Assembly: GCA_051388875.1 (NCBI GenBank)
Contig: JBMFFR010000002.1
Span: 283,940-347,939, forward strand
Reading direction: 5' to 3'
From: Candidatus Brocadiia bacterium JP1
Lineage (GTDB): Bacteria > Planctomycetota > Brocadiia > Brocadiales > Bathyanammoxibiaceae
Length of the DNA stretch: 64,000 nt
Shown here: positions 20,458-30,104 of the stretch, piece after piece
How positions within the stretch are numbered: position 1 is the stretch's first letter
Layout: each line of letters opens with the position of its first letter
Translations under genes and position numbers: made by a program
Notes under the pieces: generated by a model
Told to the model about the DNA's origin: nothing
The model's database searches: none
What the model saw: the letters and a program-made list of their open reading frames with translations, nothing else

Positions 20458-20649
20458 ATAATACTAGACCTCGGAAAAAGTTAAAAAGTTTCCCTTTAGG
20501 GTAGGGGGGGATGACTTACCAATTTACTTAAGTCCACCTGGTCATGCCAGAGGCGGATTCACCACGGAGAACCTTGAGAGAAAAATTGTGCGTTCAGGGT
20601 GTAAGCCTGACCTGTCTCTATGGATGATGGTGCAGGAAATCAATAGTAA

Positions 20650-20677
20650 GTGGTGCGTTTCACGCACCCTACAAAAC
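20650..20677. repeat. Family B hairpin repeat (GGTGCGTTTCACGCACCCTAC)
   Basis: It is near-identical to 15076-15098 and 22940-22966, and it interrupts an integrase 3' remnant. Confidence 0.8.
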
Positions 20678-20731
20678 TGTCAGGTCTTAGCCAGGGATAC
20701 CAGGGACTTTTATGAGAGGGTGTCATTTTAG
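20678..20731 (+). pseudogene. Tyrosine recombinase (integrase) extreme 3' remnant
   Basis: It translates to CQVLARDTRDFYERVSF*. This is homologous to the end of the longer remnant at 22687-22812. Confidence 0.5.
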
Positions 20732-20755
20732 AGGAATAATATGACCAGCTGGTGG

Positions 20756-21829
20756 TCAGGGAGTGAAGCTTTTCATGAGTTCTTCTAATTCCTCTTGTGT
20801 TATTCCAGTACTTTCTAATTCTTTAGAAATTTCCTCTTTGGTGAGAAAGGGTAATAAGCCTTTCTTCATCCTATGAGTGCCTATAATCAAGAAAGCAATT
20901 AATTTCGTGCGGTGTTCCGGATGTTCGTTGTAGAAATCATTTAAGTAATTTGCAATTTCCAATATAGTCATACCCTCAAGGTTTTCCAATGCTTTACGAG
21001 GTTCTCCTGGTAGGAAGGCGTACATCTGTGTTGCATCTATAAATCCTCGGACATACCATAGCAGACTTGGCAAATGTAAATCTGCTATACCAATTTTTGC
21101 ACCTAATTGTTGAAGTTCAGTAAGGGATTCTCCACTAACAAAACCAACCATGTGTTGTGAAGATATTTTGAAAGGTGCGAGTGGGCCAGAGTGTATTAAA
21201 GAGTGCATAAATTCAAGGGTAGATAGTTCTTCAGGGGTTTCTGTAACACTGAAAGAATCTAAAAATTCCCAAACCGTCTTTGATGATGATAATTTTTTTA
21301 GAATAACTACCTGCACACTATAGTGTCTGTTTTTAACTATATAAACTCTTGCTATCGTTACAAAAACAAAAGGGCCTTTGGAAACCTCGACTACTAGCTC
21401 CCTCCCCGGATAATTACCAAGTGATATAGGTTTTTCACTTATGAGTTTGCCTCGAACGTTCGCAACCATACCATCACGTGCACCATCTAACAACTCGCTG
21501 ACATCGACAGCTTGAATTGCAACATAAGGATAGTCACTATATGATACTGCGAACCAACTATTTTCTTTTTCTGATAAGAAAAAATGTATATTGAGTGGGC
21601 CTATAGCACTATCTACAGTCTCGACTTCCTCTTTTGGATTACTAGGAAATAGAGCAGAAAATCTTCCCTCTGATGAGGTAAATTGTTTCCAAGTTTCGTC
21701 TTTACTTATTTTTCCCGACAAGGTCACTGATGGTTTTTTGCTAAGGTTTTCAGCAAAAGCATAACCCCACCACGGGAAGGCGAGAAAAAGGGCTAGAAAG
21801 ATGCTAATGAAAAAAGCTTTCTTTTTCAT
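20756..21829 (-). CDS. Secreted hypothetical protein
   Basis: The 357-aa product has a signal peptide ([26 protein letters not shown]) and a 4-nt overlap with the upstream DnaJ-domain gene. Confidence 0.6.
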   Translation of the reverse strand: MKKKAFFISIFLALFLAFPWWGYAFAENLSKKPSVTLSGKISKDETWKQFTSSEGRFSALFPSNPKEEVETVDSAIGPLNIHFFLSEKENSWFAVSYSDYPYVAIQAVDVSELLDGARDGMVANVRGKLISEKPISLGNYPGRELVVEVSKGPFVFVTIARVYIVKNRHYSVQVVILKKLSSSKTVWEFLDSFSVTETPEELSTLEFMHSLIHSGPLAPFKISSQHMVGFVSGESLTELQQLGAKIGIADLHLPSLLWYVRGFIDATQMYAFLPGEPRKALENLEGMTILEIANYLNDFYNEHPEHRTKLIAFLIIGTHRMKKGLLPFLTKEEISKELESTGITQEELEELMKSFTP

Positions 21830-22446
21830 GATAGTTTTTCCTTAATCAATGCGTTAACGAGACCTACCATTGCTCCTATAAACGCTGCTATTAAAATACC
21901 CGTAATAAATGTAAAAGAGAACCCACTAAATTCCTTTAACCACGTCAACACCCCTGCTCCTATAATGAATACTAAACCTGTTGTGCCATATACTATTATT
22001 TTTTTCTTCTTAGAAAAGCGTGGGGGCACTTCACCTACGGTGGGAGACTGACTTTGCTCTGATTCCTTTCGGCCACCCGAACTAAAGCCTTGGTTTTGAT
22101 TGTAGAACTTGTTCTCCCAGCTCCGCTCAGTAGCATCAGATTCTTCTTCTGTACTTGCGTCCCTTGCTCGATATTCAGTCGATTCTTGGGCCTCTTTCTC
22201 CCAGAGTAGCTTAAGATAGGCATCGTACTGCCTTCGTTTCTCTGGGTCGCTTAAAGCCTGATAAGCTTCATTAATCAACTTCAACTTTTCCTGCGCCTCT
22301 TGCCTTAGTCGGTAGAGGTGAGAGGGTATCCTGTCGGGATGGTATTCTTTAGCCAAACGCCGATAGGCTGCGGAGATTTCTTTCTGGCTCGCTGTTTCGT
22401 CAACTTCTAAGATTTTATAATAATGAGGATTATCAAAGATACGCAT
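21826..22446 (-). CDS. J-domain (DnaJ-like) membrane protein
   Basis: It has an N-terminal J domain ([31 protein letters not shown]), an acidic linker and two C-terminal TM helices. Confidence 0.8.
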   Translation of the reverse strand: MRIFDNPHYYKILEVDETASQKEISAAYRRLAKEYHPDRIPSHLYRLRQEAQEKLKLINEAYQALSDPEKRRQYDAYLKLLWEKEAQESTEYRARDASTEEESDATERSWENKFYNQNQGFSSGGRKESEQSQSPTVGEVPPRFSKKKKIIVYGTTGLVFIIGAGVLTWLKEFSGFSFTFITGILIAAFIGAMVGLVNALIKEKLS

Positions 22447-22686
22447 TACTATTTAGGTATAGAATACAAGGCTTACCTACCTCTTCTTTATTTTCAATCA
22501 TTGGTTGGCGGTTTGCACACTTTGCATGGAATGTAACCTGAATGTTGTGCCTCCTTTGCAGATTTAAAGGTGAGGAGACTAAATTTTAAGTACCCCATAG
22601 GTAACCCTCTCCAAGACACCTACAAGCGACATAGTAGTAGCCTTTTAGATTTGACTTGTTAAGGGAATTTGAAGTAGGAATGCTTT

Positions 22687-22812
22687 AATGAGACTGCCCC
22701 TCTCCCAGTACTTAAGAAGTGGCTAGGGCATTCCAGTATATCCAGGACTATGATTTACTGCCAGGTGCTGGCAAAGGATGCCAGGGGGTTTTATGAGGCC
22801 ACAAACTTTTAA
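22687..22812 (+). pseudogene. Tyrosine recombinase (phage integrase family) C-terminal remnant
   Basis: It translates to NETAPLPVLKKWLGHSSISRTMIYCQVLAKDARGFYEATNF*. LGHSSIS.T..Y is the box II / catalytic Tyr signature. There is a stop immediately upstream and no N-terminal part. Confidence 0.7.
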
Positions 22813-23480
22813 GCAGTAGGGTGCGTCAGGACGCACCGGTTATCAATCGCGGTGTGTGTTGCACGCATCTTACAAAGCTATAGAAAAAGGTAAGCCTCCC
22901 TCACCTTAATCCTCTCCCAGGTGGGGAGAGGAAGATAAATGGTGCGTTGCTCGCACCCTACAAAACTTCCGAGTAGATAAGAGATTGCTTCTCCGCCTCA
23001 GGCGGATTTGGACAGGCACGGAGGCCTGCCCCTACTTTCGGACAGGCATCCGCCTCAGGCGGACACTACATGACTTCGGCAACAGCCTCATACATTTCAA
23101 ATTTCAAATTTTGATATGGAGTTCAGCTTGCCTTAGGCGGATCGCTGGGAATTTCTTGGAGTCTGGTACTCCTCAGGCAGATGTCTCTACTATAAATTCC
23201 CATTGACATGGTTAATGGACTCCAAAAGATTTTGCCCTCCCCCTTGAGGGGGAGGGGAGGGAGGGGGTGGGTTGTGGAATTCGGAATTCAGAATGAAAGA
23301 TGATAAATGGCTGGTTCAATCCGCAAGATTGAACCAGATGGGGTGGGAGAAAGAAAATCCCCCTCGCCTCAATCCTCTCCCCGATGGGGAGAGGAAGAAG
23401 GTGGGGTGTTGCGGCGTGGCGTCTCTTTAATGGAGAGAGGAAATAGAGAGATAAATCACAAAACTACCCGTGAGGTAGTA
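22813..23480. repeat. Non-coding region made almost entirely of dispersed hairpin repeats
   Basis: Family B lies at 22816-22837 (inverted) and 22940-22966. Family A (CCTCTCCC-N4-GGGGAGAGG) lies at about 22908-22935 and 23371-23398. The palindrome TCCGCCTCAGGCGGA lies at 22992-23006 and 23049-23063. CCCTCCCCCTTGAGGGGGAGGG lies at 23236-23258. Confidence 0.8.
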
Positions 23481-23488
23481 ATATCAAC

Positions 23489-24448
23489 TCATCTCTTTTT
23501 CAACTGGTCTATCACCACTGCCACAAGAATCACCAATCCCTTTACCACCCACTGATAGAAGGTGGGGACGCCTTTGAGGAGGAGTCCGTTTTCAAGCACC
23601 CCCATAAAGAGGGCGCCAAAGACCGTGCCTATCACAGAGCCCCGTCCCCCCATGAGGCTTGTGCCGCCAAGGACTACGGCGGCAATGGCGATGAGTTCGT
23701 ACATAAAACCTAATTTGGGGTCGCCCGAGCCTAAGCGGCTGGCCAGGATAATACCACATATCCCTGAAAACATCCCGCTTATTACATAGACCCAGAACTT
23801 CACTGCCTTGACGTTTATGCCTGAGAGGCGGGCCGCCTCCTCGTTACCACCAACTGCATAGACATACCGTCCGAATACTGTGTAGCGGGTTATTACGAAA
23901 AGGGAGGCCGAAAGGATGGCCATGATGAAGACGGGTACTGGAATAGTACCTACGGTGCCGGTACCGATTAATTTAAACGCTGCTGGGAGGTGGCCTATGG
24001 GCCTGGCATCGCAGTAGATATTGGCAGCACCTCTGGCCATTGTCATCATGGCCAGGGTGGCAATGAAGGGGGGAATCCTGAAGGCAATGACCATAGCACC
24101 GTTAAATGCCCCAAGGGTAGAACCTACGCCTAAAGCCACTAACCAGGCAATAGGTATAATTCCCCACGATAACAACTCTAAACGTTTTGCTACATCTGCA
24201 CATATCACGGCGCTTATTGCCACTAAAGAGCCAACTGAGAGGTCTATCCCACCGGTGATGATAACCACTGTCATCCCTACTGCCAGGATTATATATACGG
24301 AGTTCTGGTTGAGTATATTGGTAAAATTCTCCAGTGTGGCAAAGCCCCTGGCATCTAGTGCAAAGTATATGGACATCACTGCCAGGGCGATGACAATGAC
24401 ATAATCCAGTACTACCTCTTTTATCCTGGCGCCCCTTGTCTTTTTCAT
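23489..24448 (-). CDS. ABC transporter permease, sugar (RbsC/AraH, BPD_transp_2) type; no partner genes nearby
   Basis: The 319-aa polytopic protein has GGIDLSVGS and typical RbsC-like conservation. Confidence 0.8.
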   Translation of the reverse strand: MKKTRGARIKEVVLDYVIVIALAVMSIYFALDARGFATLENFTNILNQNSVYIILAVGMTVVIITGGIDLSVGSLVAISAVICADVAKRLELLSWGIIPIAWLVALGVGSTLGAFNGAMVIAFRIPPFIATLAMMTMARGAANIYCDARPIGHLPAAFKLIGTGTVGTIPVPVFIMAILSASLFVITRYTVFGRYVYAVGGNEEAARLSGINVKAVKFWVYVISGMFSGICGIILASRLGSGDPKLGFMYELIAIAAVVLGGTSLMGGRGSVIGTVFGALFMGVLENGLLLKGVPTFYQWVVKGLVILVAVVIDQLKKR

Positions 24449-24654
24449 ATTGCTACCTTTATCATTCTGGGAGTAAAGTTAGACTCCAAAAGCCAAGCTA
24501 GAGGCTATCACACCCAAGGTTGCCGCATTATCTTCAGTATAAAGAGTGTTAGGACCTCAACTCCCCAAAAGGGCACATATTTTACCAGTGTTAGGATTTA
24601 TTTTCATTGGCGATAGTGCTGAACTCTTTTTGCCTGAAGATCCGTTACATTACT

Positions 24655-24682
24655 TTGACTATGCGGAAGGGTAAAATATAAT
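24655..24682 (+). promoter_or_regulatory. Sigma70-like promoter for the MATE gene
   Basis: TTGACT (24655-24660), a 16-nt spacer and TATAAT (24677-24682). The ATG at 24694 is only about 5 nt from the predicted start site, so the mRNA would be near-leaderless. Confidence 0.4.
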
Positions 24683-24693
24683 GCCACTTTATT

Positions 24694-26073
24694 ATGTCAA
24701 GCCAGCAACAGACTCATCGTGAGGGAGCTCTCCTGGAGCTTACAGAGAAGAACTTAAACAGGAACATCTTGCGCCTGGCCCTGCCTGCCGCTACCGAGAA
24801 CGTCCTCCATATGACTGTTTTTATCGTGGATATTATCATGGTGGGTCGGCTGGGCACAGAGGCGATAGCCTCCGTTGGGCTTGCTGGGGCACTAAATTTT
24901 GTACTGACCATAGTCTTCGCCTCTCTGGCGGCAGGGACACTAAGCCTGGTGGCAAGGCATATAGGGGCGAGGGAAAGGGATGTGGCAGATAAGGTTGCTG
25001 CCCAGTCTCTACTACTTTCTACGACAGTGGGGGTTACAGTAGCCCCGCTTTTATCCCACTATTCCGACGGCATCTTCTACCTGTTGAGCGCAGAGCCCGG
25101 GATAATTAAGCTCAGCACCCTTTATTTCACCACGGTAATAGCCTTTTTGCCCTGTCGTCTGATAATCCTCACCAGCAGCGCGGCCCTGAGGGGTTCGGGT
25201 GATACACGGACCCCTATGTTTATAACCCTGGTTATGAACCTTACCAACGTGCTCTTTAACTGGTTGTTAATATTCGGGATATGGATATTTCCCAGGATGG
25301 AGGTGGCTGGGGCAGCATGGGGTACTGTTATTGCCTACATAGTAGGTGCGACCCTGAGCCTTACCATACTGCTAAGGGGAAGGGCCTTTGTTACTCTGCA
25401 TTTGAGAAACGCACTTGGTTTTGATGTGCAACTGATAAGGAGGCTCCTTAAGATATCCCTCCCTGCTACCCTTGATGCCTTCCTTACACAAATAGGCTAT
25501 CTTGTTTTTATAAAGATAGTTACCATGCTGGGTACGGAATCGCTGGCCGCTCATCAAATTGCCGTAAGGATAGAATCCATTTCCTTCATGCCTGGTTACG
25601 CCCTTGGGGTCTCCACTGCTACTTTAGTGGGACAAAGCCTGGGGGCACAAAAGGAAGAGCTTGCACGCTTGAGCATGAGGAGGAATTGCATATTTGCCCT
25701 GGCCCTTATGTGTACTTTCGGTGTGATATTTTTAATCCTTCCCAGGGAGCTAGCCATGGTGTTTAGCCCGGAAGAGGGGGTACTTCACCTAAGTAGTCTC
25801 TGCGTAATGATTTCTGCCATAGAACAACCCGCCCTGGCTATTTATATGGTCTACGCGGGGGGACTCAGGGGGGCGGGGGATACCTTAAGTCCTATGCTAA
25901 TAACTATCGTTGGCACGATATTTTTTCATCTGCCTATGTCTTATCTTCTTGGGATAACTCTCGGCTGGGGACTGGCGGGCATATGGTTTGGGGCGGCGGT
26001 GGACTGGATAGGACGCTCCATCGCGGTGTATATCCTCTTCCGTAAGGGGAGGTGGCGAAGACTCAAGGTTTAG
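24694..26073 (+). CDS. MATE family efflux transporter
   Basis: The 459-aa, 12-TM protein has the typical N-terminus (ILRLALPAATENVLHMTVFIVDIIMVGRLG) and internal duplication. Confidence 0.88.
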   Translation: MSSQQQTHREGALLELTEKNLNRNILRLALPAATENVLHMTVFIVDIIMVGRLGTEAIASVGLAGALNFVLTIVFASLAAGTLSLVARHIGARERDVADKVAAQSLLLSTTVGVTVAPLLSHYSDGIFYLLSAEPGIIKLSTLYFTTVIAFLPCRLIILTSSAALRGSGDTRTPMFITLVMNLTNVLFNWLLIFGIWIFPRMEVAGAAWGTVIAYIVGATLSLTILLRGRAFVTLHLRNALGFDVQLIRRLLKISLPATLDAFLTQIGYLVFIKIVTMLGTESLAAHQIAVRIESISFMPGYALGVSTATLVGQSLGAQKEELARLSMRRNCIFALALMCTFGVIFLILPRELAMVFSPEEGVLHLSSLCVMISAIEQPALAIYMVYAGGLRGAGDTLSPMLITIVGTIFFHLPMSYLLGITLGWGLAGIWFGAAVDWIGRSIAVYILFRKGRWRRLKV

Positions 26074-26312
26074 CCTCTAGGATTTTTTCCCTTACTGGCT
26101 TGATTAAAGAGTCCCCGACATAGCACCCTAAAACAAGGTGAGAAAAATGGTAAGTTTTGCCCCCTTCTCCCCTGACGAGGGGAGAATTCTTATGAGCATC
26201 CTTTAAGCGTTTTAGTATACTGATTTTCAAAACTTGCAAGTTTTAAAATAATTGATTTTTGGGTATAATTTTTTTGCTACAAAGAGACACAATTTCAGGT
26301 ATGGAAGGGAAG

Positions 26313-28799
26313 ATGATGGAGGAGAGTGCTTACAAGTTTTGGGAGATTGAGCCTAAGTGGCAGGAGTATTGGAACCGCCACGGGCTTTTTAAGATAAAGG
26401 GGACCCCACTTAAAGAGAAGTTTTACTGCCTCGTGATGTTCCCCTACCCTTCTGGGACCCTTCACGTGGGCCATGCAAGGAATTATATCCTTGGGGATGT
26501 GGTGGTGCGGTACAAACTCATGAAGGGCTACGACGTTCTTACCCCGATGGGGTGGGATGCCTTTGGCCTACCGGCAGAAAATGCAGCTATAAAAGAAGGG
26601 CGTCATCCGGCCGAACTTACTTATAGAAATATTGCGGCTATGAAATTGCAACTCCTCCACTGGGGAACGGGTTACGATTGGGACAGAGAGGTGGCTGCCT
26701 GCGACCCTGAGTATTATAAATGGACTCAATGGATATTCCTCAGGCTTTATGAAAAGGGGCTGGCCTACAAGAAGAAGGCGGCAGTAAACTGGTGTCCTTC
26801 TTGTTCCACTGTTCTTGCCAATGAACAGGTGGTGGATGGCCTCTGTGAGCGGTGTGACACCCCTGTTAAGCAAAAAGACTTGGAACAATGGTTCTTTAAG
26901 ATTACGGATTATGCCCAGAGACTCCTGGACGACCTTGAACTCCTGGAGGGATGGCCTGAGAGGGTAAAGGTCATGCAGAGGAACTGGATTGGTAAGAGTG
27001 AGGGGGCCAGAATTGATTTCAAGTTGGAATCCCTTGGCATTACCCTTAGCTGCTTTACCACAAGGCCGGACACCCTTTTCGGCGTTACCTTTATGGTGCT
27101 TGCCCCGGAGCATCCTGTTATAGAACTCCTTCTTAAGGATAATCCCAGAAGGGAGGAAATCCTTGCCTTTGCAGAAAAAGCTAGGAATGAGAGTCTTGTC
27201 CAGCGCTCCGCCGTAGGTGCACTAAAGGAGGGGATATTTACAGGTTTTTACGTCATAAATCCGGTAAATAACGAGCGTGTACCCCTATGGATAGCCAACT
27301 ATGCCCTGATGGAATATGGGACTGGGGCAGTGATGGCTGTACCTGCCCACGACCAGAGGGATTTTGAGTTTGCCCGGACTTACAATCTTCCCATAAAGGT
27401 GGTCATACAGCCTGAGGGCGATACCTTAGAGCCTGGTGCAATGAAGGAGGCATACGCAGGGGACGGTGTACAGGTAAACTCCGGGCCCTTCAGTGGTTTG
27501 CCCAATAGGGAGGCTATCGGAAAAATTGCTAAGTATTTGGAAAATAAGGAGTTAGGACGACACGCTATAAATTATCGCCTGAGAGATTGGCTCATATCCC
27601 GTCAGAGGTACTGGGGGGCACCCATCCCGATTTTATACTGTGACAACTGCGGGATAGTCCCCGTACCTGAAAAAGATTTGCCCGTGCTTTTACCTCCCAT
27701 AGAAAAGCTGAAACCCTCCAGCCAGAGCCCACTGACAGAAGTAAAAGAATTTGTAAATACACACTGTCCGAAGTGTCAGGGGAAGGCCCGCAGGGAAGTA
27801 GATACAATGGATACCTTTGTGGACTCAGGGTGGTATTATCTCAGGTATCTATCCCCAAAGGATTCTTCTAAGCCCTTTGATAGTGAGCTTGTGAACCGCT
27901 GGCTGCCAGTGGACCAGTACATCGGTGGGGTGGAGCACGCCATACTGCACCTTCTCTATTCCAGGTTCATTATTAAGGTGCTTTACGATATGGGCTATGT
28001 GGCATTCCAGGAGCCTTTCAAGAATCTTTTTACTCAGGGGATGATTATTAAGGACGGCGCCAAGATGTCAAAATCCAAGGGCAACGTGGTGAGCCCGGAG
28101 GATATTATAAAAAAGTACGGTGCTGATACCTTGAGACTCTATATCCTCTTTATAGGCCCGCCTGAAAAGGATGCCGAGTGGAGTGACAGGGCAGTAGTCG
28201 GCAGTTTCCGGTTCCTTAGTCGCCTATGGCATAAGGTTACTAAGGAGGCAGAAAGGGTTAGAGACCTGTCAAAGACAAAGATTGAACCTGCTCAACTTTC
28301 TGGAGAGGCTAAAGACCTCTTTAGAGCAACCCATCTTACTATAAAGAAAGTGTCCGAGGATATTGAGACCTCCTGGCACTTTAACACCGCCATTGCAGCC
28401 ATTATGGAGCTATTTAACAGGGTGGAGGATTTCAAGGCTGAGGATGCCCCATCTTCGCAAGTCCTCCGCCACTCTTTGGAATCCATTGCGTTACTCCTTG
28501 CCCCCTTTGCACCCCATATATGCGAAGAACTCTGGCAATCCCTGGGTAACAAACCCAGCCTCTTTGAACAGCCCCGTCCCACTTACGACCCAGAGGCTAT
28601 CAAAGTGGAGGAAATGGAGCTGCCTATACAGGTAAACGGAAAGCTCAGAGGACGGATAATCATCCCGGTTGAATTAAGTGAAGAGGAGATTAAGGCAAGG
28701 GCACTGGAGGATGAGAAGGTAAAGAAGTTCTTGGATGGCAAGAAGGTGGTGAATATAATTCTAGTACCCAGAAAGCTGTTGAATATTGTGGTGAGGTAA
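26313..28799 (+). CDS. leuS: Leucyl-tRNA synthetase
   Basis: It has the HIGH motif (PYPSGTLHVGHARNY), the KMSKS motif (GAKMSKSKGN), a CP1 editing domain and a zinc-binding CxxC pair. The ORF-track start is a TTG at 26259 that lies inside a TATAAT. ATG codons at 26301 and 26313 are the likely starts. Confidence 0.95.
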   Translation: MMEESAYKFWEIEPKWQEYWNRHGLFKIKGTPLKEKFYCLVMFPYPSGTLHVGHARNYILGDVVVRYKLMKGYDVLTPMGWDAFGLPAENAAIKEGRHPAELTYRNIAAMKLQLLHWGTGYDWDREVAACDPEYYKWTQWIFLRLYEKGLAYKKKAAVNWCPSCSTVLANEQVVDGLCERCDTPVKQKDLEQWFFKITDYAQRLLDDLELLEGWPERVKVMQRNWIGKSEGARIDFKLESLGITLSCFTTRPDTLFGVTFMVLAPEHPVIELLLKDNPRREEILAFAEKARNESLVQRSAVGALKEGIFTGFYVINPVNNERVPLWIANYALMEYGTGAVMAVPAHDQRDFEFARTYNLPIKVVIQPEGDTLEPGAMKEAYAGDGVQVNSGPFSGLPNREAIGKIAKYLENKELGRHAINYRLRDWLISRQRYWGAPIPILYCDNCGIVPVPEKDLPVLLPPIEKLKPSSQSPLTEVKEFVNTHCPKCQGKARREVDTMDTFVDSGWYYLRYLSPKDSSKPFDSELVNRWLPVDQYIGGVEHAILHLLYSRFIIKVLYDMGYVAFQEPFKNLFTQGMIIKDGAKMSKSKGNVVSPEDIIKKYGADTLRLYILFIGPPEKDAEWSDRAVVGSFRFLSRLWHKVTKEAERVRDLSKTKIEPAQLSGEAKDLFRATHLTIKKVSEDIETSWHFNTAIAAIMELFNRVEDFKAEDAPSSQVLRHSLESIALLLAPFAPHICEELWQSLGNKPSLFEQPRPTYDPEAIKVEEMELPIQVNGKLRGRIIIPVELSEEEIKARALEDEKVKKFLDGKKVVNIILVPRKLLNIVVR
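28699..28799 (+). repeat. Copy 1 (functional) of the leuS 3'-terminal segment that is triplicated downstream
   Basis: It encodes ALEDEKVKKFLDGKKVVNIILVPRKLLNIVVR*. The 23-nt core AAGAAGGTGGTGAATATAATTCT is identical in all three copies. Confidence 0.9.
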
Positions 28800-28829
28800 G
28801 AGTTACTGAAGATAAAGGAGGTTAGGATT

Positions 28830-29039
28830 ATGACTGTCAAAGGAGCTATTGCAGAGGTATTCTGGACGGCCTTTCGTGCCTTGCCGAAGAAGGAGAGAGA
28901 GGCCGTCTTAGAAAAATTTTTAAAAAATAGGGAATTTATGGAAGACCTGATTGATATAGCAACCATAAAACAGCGAAAGAAGGAACCCTCACGCCCCCTG
29001 GAGGAATACCTTGCAGAAAGAAGAAAAAAGAGGACTTAA
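28830..29039 (+). CDS. Putative antitoxin of a RelE/ParE-type TA pair
   Basis: The 69-aa ORF has GGAGG upstream and a 1-nt overlap (TAATG) with the toxin gene. I did not recognise the family. Confidence 0.6.
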   Translation: MTVKGAIAEVFWTAFRALPKKEREAVLEKFLKNREFMEDLIDIATIKQRKKEPSRPLEEYLAERRKKRT

Positions 29040-29290
29040 TGTCTTATGTCGTTTTCTTGAAAAGGTCTGCCGAAAAAGATTTAAATCGCCTTCCTGTGAA
29101 GACGCATGATAGAATTGTAGAGCACCTTATCTCTTTAAAAGAAGACCCTCGTCCCCACGGCGTAAAAAAGCTCCGAGGCAGAGAGGGATATAGAATAAGG
29201 GTTGGGGATTACAGAATACTTTACATTGTCCACGATGAGGAAAAAAAGGTTGAAGTATTTTCCGTTGCCCATCGTAAAGAGGTCTATTAA
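29039..29290 (+). CDS. Type II toxin, RelE/ParE family
   Basis: The 83-aa product has KKLRGREGYRIRVGDYRILYIVHDEEKKVEVFSVAHRKEVY, the classic RelE/ParE C-terminal pattern. Confidence 0.85.
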   Translation: MSYVVFLKRSAEKDLNRLPVKTHDRIVEHLISLKEDPRPHGVKKLRGREGYRIRVGDYRILYIVHDEEKKVEVFSVAHRKEVY

Positions 29291-29392
29291 GAGGCACTAG
29301 AGGACGAAAATGTAAATAAATTCTTGGATGGTAAGAAGGTGGTGAATATAATTCTGGTGCCGAGGAAATTATTAAATATTGTGGTAAAGTGA
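29291..29392 (+). repeat. Copy 2 of the leuS 3' end (orphan)
   Basis: It encodes EALEDENVNKFLDGKKVVNIILVPRKLLNIVVK* in an intact frame and begins immediately after the relE stop. Differences from copy 1 are mostly synonymous. Confidence 0.9.
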
Positions 29393-29429
29393 ATTTAGAG
29401 GGAAATTTGGAACCCGAACCTGTAATATT

Positions 29430-29750
29430 ATGAGGAAGCCTTCAAAAGAGAAAATTATTGATATCCTAAGGAGGGAGTTGCCGTATTTAAGGGAGAGATA
29501 TGGGGTAGAGAAAATTGCTGTCTTCGGTTCTTTTGCAAAGGGATTACAACGTAAAGGAAGCGATGTGGACATCCTTGTGGAACTCAAAAAACCATTGGGG
29601 CTTGATTTTGTAGACCTTGCATACTATCTGGAGGAAGTGCTGAATAAGAAAGTAGATGTAGCAACCTTTGATTGTTTTAAGAATAGTTTCAAAAATCCAA
29701 GGTATAGACCCATTGCTGAGGATATTGAACGTAGCCTAATCTATGTCTAA
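29430..29750 (+). CDS. Nucleotidyltransferase-domain antitoxin (MNT/MntA type)
   Basis: It has GSFAKG...GSDVDILV, the minimal nucleotidyltransferase signature. It overlaps the HEPN gene by 8 nt. Confidence 0.85.
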   Translation: MRKPSKEKIIDILRRELPYLRERYGVEKIAVFGSFAKGLQRKGSDVDILVELKKPLGLDFVDLAYYLEEVLNKKVDVATFDCFKNSFKNPRYRPIAEDIERSLIYV

Positions 29751-30084
29751 AAGAAGGGATATTGATTACCTTGGGGATATTAAAGAGGCGATAGAATTAA
29801 TAATCACATACACGCAAGGATTAGGGTTTGACGAGTTTATTCAGGACAGAAAAACACAGGATGCTGTTATCCGCAATCTTGAGATTATAGGAGAGGCCAC
29901 CAAGAACACATCTGTTCACCTGAGGAAGAAATATCCACAAATCCCTTGGAAGGAATTTGCTGGCCTGAGAGACAAGGTTATCCACCATTACTTTGGAATC
30001 AAACATGACGTAATATGGCAAGTTAAAGAAGAGCTAGCAAAGATTATCCCCAAAATAAGAGAAATTATAGATAAAGAAGTCTAA
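29743..30084 (+). CDS. HEPN-domain toxin (DUF86/HepT type)
   Basis: It has the R-x4-H motif (RDKVIHHY), DUF86-like sequence and pairing with the MNT gene. Confidence 0.85.
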   Translation: MSKRRDIDYLGDIKEAIELIITYTQGLGFDEFIQDRKTQDAVIRNLEIIGEATKNTSVHLRKKYPQIPWKEFAGLRDKVIHHYFGIKHDVIWQVKEELAKIIPKIREIIDKEV

Positions 30085-30104
30085 ATTCCATGAATAGTCA
30101 TACA

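Noticed and set aside
22813-23480. A possible CRISPR array in the repeat-dense intergenic region
   Set aside because: The repeats belong to several different families, are irregularly spaced, occur in mixed orientations and are individually palindromic hairpins. There is no constant repeat-spacer periodicity and there are no cas genes.
22985-23555. ORFs 22985-23206 and 23307-23555 (+)
   Set aside because: They are built from dispersed hairpin repeats, giving translations such as PSPQSSPRWGEEEGG. They have no RBS or family resemblance and are probably not genes.
26234-26269. A sigma70 promoter for leuS (TTGCAA ... TATAAT)
   Set aside because: The TATAAT at 26264-26269 is convincing, but the best -35-like hexamer is 24 nt away. 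I do not call a full promoter.
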